DNA of 64,000 nucleotides from Puniceicoccales bacterium (GTDB lineage Bacteria; Verrucomicrobiota; Verrucomicrobiia; Opitutales; JAIRLM01): NCBI GenBank assembly GCA_031282835.1, contig JAITCU010000026.1, positions 23 to 64,022 of the forward strand, read 5' to 3'. Shown piece by piece: positions 60,399 to 64,000 of this stretch (position 1 is its first letter; each line of letters starts with the position of its first letter). The notes under the pieces were generated by a model. It saw only the letters and a program-made list of their open reading frames with translations, ran no database searches and was not told where the DNA came from. The position numbers and the translations under genes were made by a program.

Positions 60399-61280
60399 GT
60401 GGGTAAAATCCTAGAGCGCTACCCAGTACATCGGCTAACGACGCTGCATATTGGTGGCCCCGCTCGCTTTTTCGCCGAGGCCAAATCCGCGGAAGAATTG
60501 CAATCCCTAATCCAACAAGCGGCGCGAAGCGGAATTTCCCACTGCATCATCGGTCGGGGATCTAATCTGCTCGTTTCCGATGATGGGTACTCTGGCATGT
60601 TGCTGCGACTGGAGCCCAAGCGGTGGGGCGGCATTGAACAGGTTGACGACCGACTGGTCGTTGATGCTTCCGTAACGCTAGGGTGTTTTTGTGCCTTCTG
60701 CGCACGGGAAGGAATCGGTGGTTTTGAATTTTTATGCGGTATCCCGGGGAGTATGGGCGGGGCAGTGTTGATGAATGCTGGAGCCCACGGAAAAAATGTG
60801 GGCGATTCTGTGGAATCCGTCCGATTTTTGCATAAGAGCGGTGCCATCATTTCCGATGTCCACCCGCAATTTTCTTACCGCCACTGCCATTTGGACGGAT
60901 TGGATGTGCTACTTTCTGTCGTCCTGCGCGTGGAAGAGTTTTCAACGCCTCTGGACGAAATCTACCGCCGGCAGAGAGAGCTACGCCAGTGGAGGAGCGA
61001 TCACCAACCCGGTGGCCCCAGCGCGGGGAGCATATTTAGAAACCCCAGCGGCCATTCGGCGGGGAAACTAATTGATGATGCGGGGTTAAAGGGTTGCACC
61101 ATCGGCGGTGCGCAAATTTCCCCGGTGCATGGCAACTTTATCGTCAATCGGGGAAATGCGACTTGTAAGGACGTGCTAGCGCTCATTGAGCTCGCCCGCG
61201 AAACCGTTCGCCAGAAATTCTCCATTGAACTACAATTAGAGGTTCACTATTTGGGCCCCAATGGCTTCGAAATCATTTGA
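60399..61280 (+). CDS. murB: UDP-N-acetylenolpyruvoylglucosamine reductase
   Basis: IGGPA, GRGSNLL, GIPGSMGGAVLMNAGA, SAGSIFRNP, HGNFIVN; GTG start after GGAGG. Confidence 0.95.
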   Translation: MGKILERYPVHRLTTLHIGGPARFFAEAKSAEELQSLIQQAARSGISHCIIGRGSNLLVSDDGYSGMLLRLEPKRWGGIEQVDDRLVVDASVTLGCFCAFCAREGIGGFEFLCGIPGSMGGAVLMNAGAHGKNVGDSVESVRFLHKSGAIISDVHPQFSYRHCHLDGLDVLLSVVLRVEEFSTPLDEIYRRQRELRQWRSDHQPGGPSAGSIFRNPSGHSAGKLIDDAGLKGCTIGGAQISPVHGNFIVNRGNATCKDVLALIELARETVRQKFSIELQLEVHYLGPNGFEII

Positions 61281-62193
61281 AATTGTCATCCTCTGTGGTG
61301 CTATCAGTCCCGAGCGGGAGGTTTCCATCCGTTCCGGGCGCAATGTCGCCGAGCTGCTCTCCCGCCATTACCCCGTTCGGCTCATCGAGCTCAATGAAGA
61401 TAAGCTTCCGCCGGGACTGGATCCCGAAACCTCGCTCATATTTCCCCTGGTCCACGGGGACTTTGGTGAAGATGGGCGGTTGCAAAGATTACTTGATGCC
61501 AGGGGGTTCACCTACGTAGGAAGCGGGACAGAAAGTATGGAGCTCACCATTGATAAAAGCCGCGCCAAAAAACGCGTACAAAACTGCTCCGTTCCCGTTC
61601 TTGCTGAAATTGCTTTTCCCGGGGATAAACGCGTTGATTTCACCTTTGCCGCTGCGTGCAAACGACTGCGAAGCTCCAAACTTTTCCTCAAACCCCGGGA
61701 TAAGGGGAGCAGCATCGGCTGCCACCGCATTTGCGATGAAGAAAGTTGGGCCCGCTACGTGCTGCCAATTGGCACCGGCCAGTGGCTTCTGGAACCTCTT
61801 TGCGCGGGGAGGGATCTCACAATTGGCATGTTGCAAGGGGAACCGCTTGCCATTGTGGAAATTGTACCCGTGCACGAATTTTTTGATTACGAATCCAAGT
61901 ATACCCCCAATGGCGCAAGGCATATCTGTCCGGCACCGCTGGATGATGTGCTAACGCGAACAATTACCAACCATGCCCGGGAAATTTTTCACATCTGCCA
62001 TTGCCGCGATTGGTGCCGCATCGATTTCCTCTTGGACGATACGGGAAAGATTTACTTTTTGGAGGTGAATACGGTTCCCGGGTTTACGAAGGGAAGTCTC
62101 TATCCGGAAAGTGCCCTTGGCGCAGTCATCGGCCTCGACGAAGTGCTTTGCAAAATCGTCGCCCCTGCACTACATCGCCTGATAGCCAAGTGA
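61261..62193 (+). CDS. ddl: D-alanine--D-alanine ligase
   Basis: SPEREVS, HGDFGEDG, GSSIG, FDYESKY, LEVNTVPG. Confidence 0.95.
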   Translation: MASKSFEIVILCGAISPEREVSIRSGRNVAELLSRHYPVRLIELNEDKLPPGLDPETSLIFPLVHGDFGEDGRLQRLLDARGFTYVGSGTESMELTIDKSRAKKRVQNCSVPVLAEIAFPGDKRVDFTFAAACKRLRSSKLFLKPRDKGSSIGCHRICDEESWARYVLPIGTGQWLLEPLCAGRDLTIGMLQGEPLAIVEIVPVHEFFDYESKYTPNGARHICPAPLDDVLTRTITNHAREIFHICHCRDWCRIDFLLDDTGKIYFLEVNTVPGFTKGSLYPESALGAVIGLDEVLCKIVAPALHRLIAK

Positions 62194-62229
62194 ATGCCAA
62201 CCGCATCTTCGTCAATGTTTGTCGCGGTT

Positions 62230-63909
62230 TTATAGGCTTACCACCGCTACGTATCCCATGCTTACTAACGAAGACCAGAAGCTCTCTGCTTTGCGTTTAC
62301 TTGTGGTCTCCTGAAGGAATTTTATTGCTTGCTCGAGGAAATCGTTTTCGAGACTGAATGACACGCGGCGTCCTGGCTCGGATCTTAAAAGGCCTCGTGC
62401 ACAATCAATTAAAATCTCTAGCGCATCGGAAAAAGTCTTACTTTCGGATCCTTTCAATATGCCTTCTAACCGCGCTCGTAAGGCGGTATTTTCGGCTAAA
62501 TCCTTCTGTTTTTTTTCTAGTTGTATCGCATTTACTTCCTCTTGCAGCCGCGCTGTTTCGGCGGCAATTTCCTGGGTATTTTTCGAGAGCTCATGAGGGC
62601 TGCCGCCGGATTCGAGCCCTTCACTTTCCGCAATCAAACTTTTGGCAGTGGTCGTGTCCAGGCTCTTCACCATTGAACTAGAGAGGAACGCATTTAAACA
62701 ACGCCGCGCGTTTTGATTTTCCCTTTCGGCGTCTATTATTTGCGCCTCCATCGCTGCCTTCACTTTTGCGTTCTCCGCCTTTATTGCTTGCTGCAACTGC
62801 AACGTTTGGTTCGTAATCGCCGTGGTGCGTAGACGTAATTCGGCTACCACCTGTCCCGGATCGCCGCCCGGCTGTGTGACGCCTGGAAGATCTATGCCAA
62901 GTTCATTTGCTTGAATAATGGCTTGGGCCAATTGCGCGCGTGCTTTTTCGTATGCACCCCTCGCGACGATTAGCTCGCGCAATCGCGTCGTTTCGGCTCG
63001 AATTTGTTCGATAACGCTTCCACACGTATCCCAATCGCACTCGGGATTCGGTCGGAGGTTTAGTAACTGCTGCGCGTTTTCCGTGGGTATGCCACAGCCC
63101 CTTGCGGTATCGATAGCGTTCTGTAATGCTGTTTGTGCGGTACCTAGATCCGTTTTAAGATGTTCACATATCTGCTCTTGTAATTCTTTACTCGCCGCGT
63201 CGCATTTGGCGGTAATCTGTTGCAGAAATTCAGGGTTGGTGCCTGGAATGTCGGGCATGCCAGCTAGCGCTTGAGCTGCCTCCGCACGCACACCGAACCT
63301 TTTTGCGGCTATTATCAGGGAATTTAACGCATTTCTCGCCGCAAAATAATTTTCACGTTGCTCCGTATCTTTTATTTGTCGTTGCACTACTGCCCCGAAC
63401 TGTTCGGAGAGTTTCTTCTGTTCATCTAGGGCTTCCTGCATCTTTCTCGCCATTTCTTTTTTCTCGTCTTCCGCTTTTTGGGCGGCTAGCGCCGCCTCGG
63501 CAAGGTCTGATCGGAGCACCGAATCGGGAGCACTTCCATTTGCGGCGGGTAGTTTTACTGGAGGCGTTGGTTCCATAGTTGATTGGGATGTTGTTGGGAG
63601 TGGGGATGTTTGTGGCGCCAGGGGCGGAGTGGGTTTTTTCAATGCTTTGGTGCCAACCTTGTGGCGCATAAACATGTACCATAAGGGAAGTTGCAATTTT
63701 AAAACAGAAACCGCCACATTGGCCCTCAAAATATTCCCCGTAATCTTGCACACCATAACCATCACAAATGCCAAGATTGCACTGAACGGATATAGCATTA
63801 CTCGCACCAAATATTGCAGAGTCGAAACGGTTGATTCCTCAGATGGAACAGGCTCTGATCGCCCAACGGCCCCCGTCGAGCGGGCATCATTAACGGAAAC
63901 GGAACACAT
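62230..63909 (-). CDS. Orphan 559-aa protein: hydrophobic N-terminal segment, Pro/Thr linker, repeated helical/coiled-coil units
   Basis: VMLYPFSAILAFVMVMVC; recurring A..AL...I..A...G unit; TTGACA 41 nt upstream. Confidence 0.85.
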   Translation of the reverse strand: MCSVSVNDARSTGAVGRSEPVPSEESTVSTLQYLVRVMLYPFSAILAFVMVMVCKITGNILRANVAVSVLKLQLPLWYMFMRHKVGTKALKKPTPPLAPQTSPLPTTSQSTMEPTPPVKLPAANGSAPDSVLRSDLAEAALAAQKAEDEKKEMARKMQEALDEQKKLSEQFGAVVQRQIKDTEQRENYFAARNALNSLIIAAKRFGVRAEAAQALAGMPDIPGTNPEFLQQITAKCDAASKELQEQICEHLKTDLGTAQTALQNAIDTARGCGIPTENAQQLLNLRPNPECDWDTCGSVIEQIRAETTRLRELIVARGAYEKARAQLAQAIIQANELGIDLPGVTQPGGDPGQVVAELRLRTTAITNQTLQLQQAIKAENAKVKAAMEAQIIDAERENQNARRCLNAFLSSSMVKSLDTTTAKSLIAESEGLESGGSPHELSKNTQEIAAETARLQEEVNAIQLEKKQKDLAENTALRARLEGILKGSESKTFSDALEILIDCARGLLRSEPGRRVSFSLENDFLEQAIKFLQETTSKRKAESFWSSLVSMGYVAVVSL

Positions 63910-63953
63910 GGTATGGGAATAATTCGTAACGGAAAAATTGTTTTTGTCAACAA

Positions 63954-64000
63954 ACCCCGATGGAAAAAGTCTAAAAACCCAGGTTTATGGCCACCATAGC
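63954..64000 (-). repeat. Family-B element running off the window end
   Basis: Reverse complement gctatggtggccataaacctgggtttttagactttttccatcggggt closely matches 17598-17644. Confidence 0.85.

Overview
Bacterial chromosome segment. Gene content and protein style (LPS genes, OmpH, fused SecDF, Cys-free L32, bS22-like peptide) suggest a host-associated PVC-superphylum organism, possibly Verrucomicrobia/Opitutae (inference only). Short housekeeping blocks (tilS; rplM-rpsI; glgP; atpA-atpG-ffh; sfsA-yajC-secDF; aminopeptidase-rluD; sulP; rpmF-plsX-fabH-lpxA; valS; tRNA-Leu; rpoD-bS22-tsaD; murB-ddl) alternate with about a dozen orphan genes. Many orphans look like host-directed effectors, including a 1099-aa protein with an OTU deubiquitinase-type catalytic motif and a 4112-aa giant combining a candidate His-Asn-Cys protease, a coiled coil and a DUF3638-type helicase-like ATPase. 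The intergenic DNA holds two dispersed repeat families. Family A (~400-530 bp, 4 copies plus a fragment) carries a near-invariant promoter/palindrome/RBS module and two small, fast-changing ORFs; two copies flank sulP in inverted orientation. Family B is MITE/REP-like, defined by the terminus CCCCGATGGAAAAAGT. Many genes look leaderless or nearly so. No CRISPR, rRNA, transposase or integrase was seen. All alignments and folds were done by eye, so repeat boundaries are approximate.
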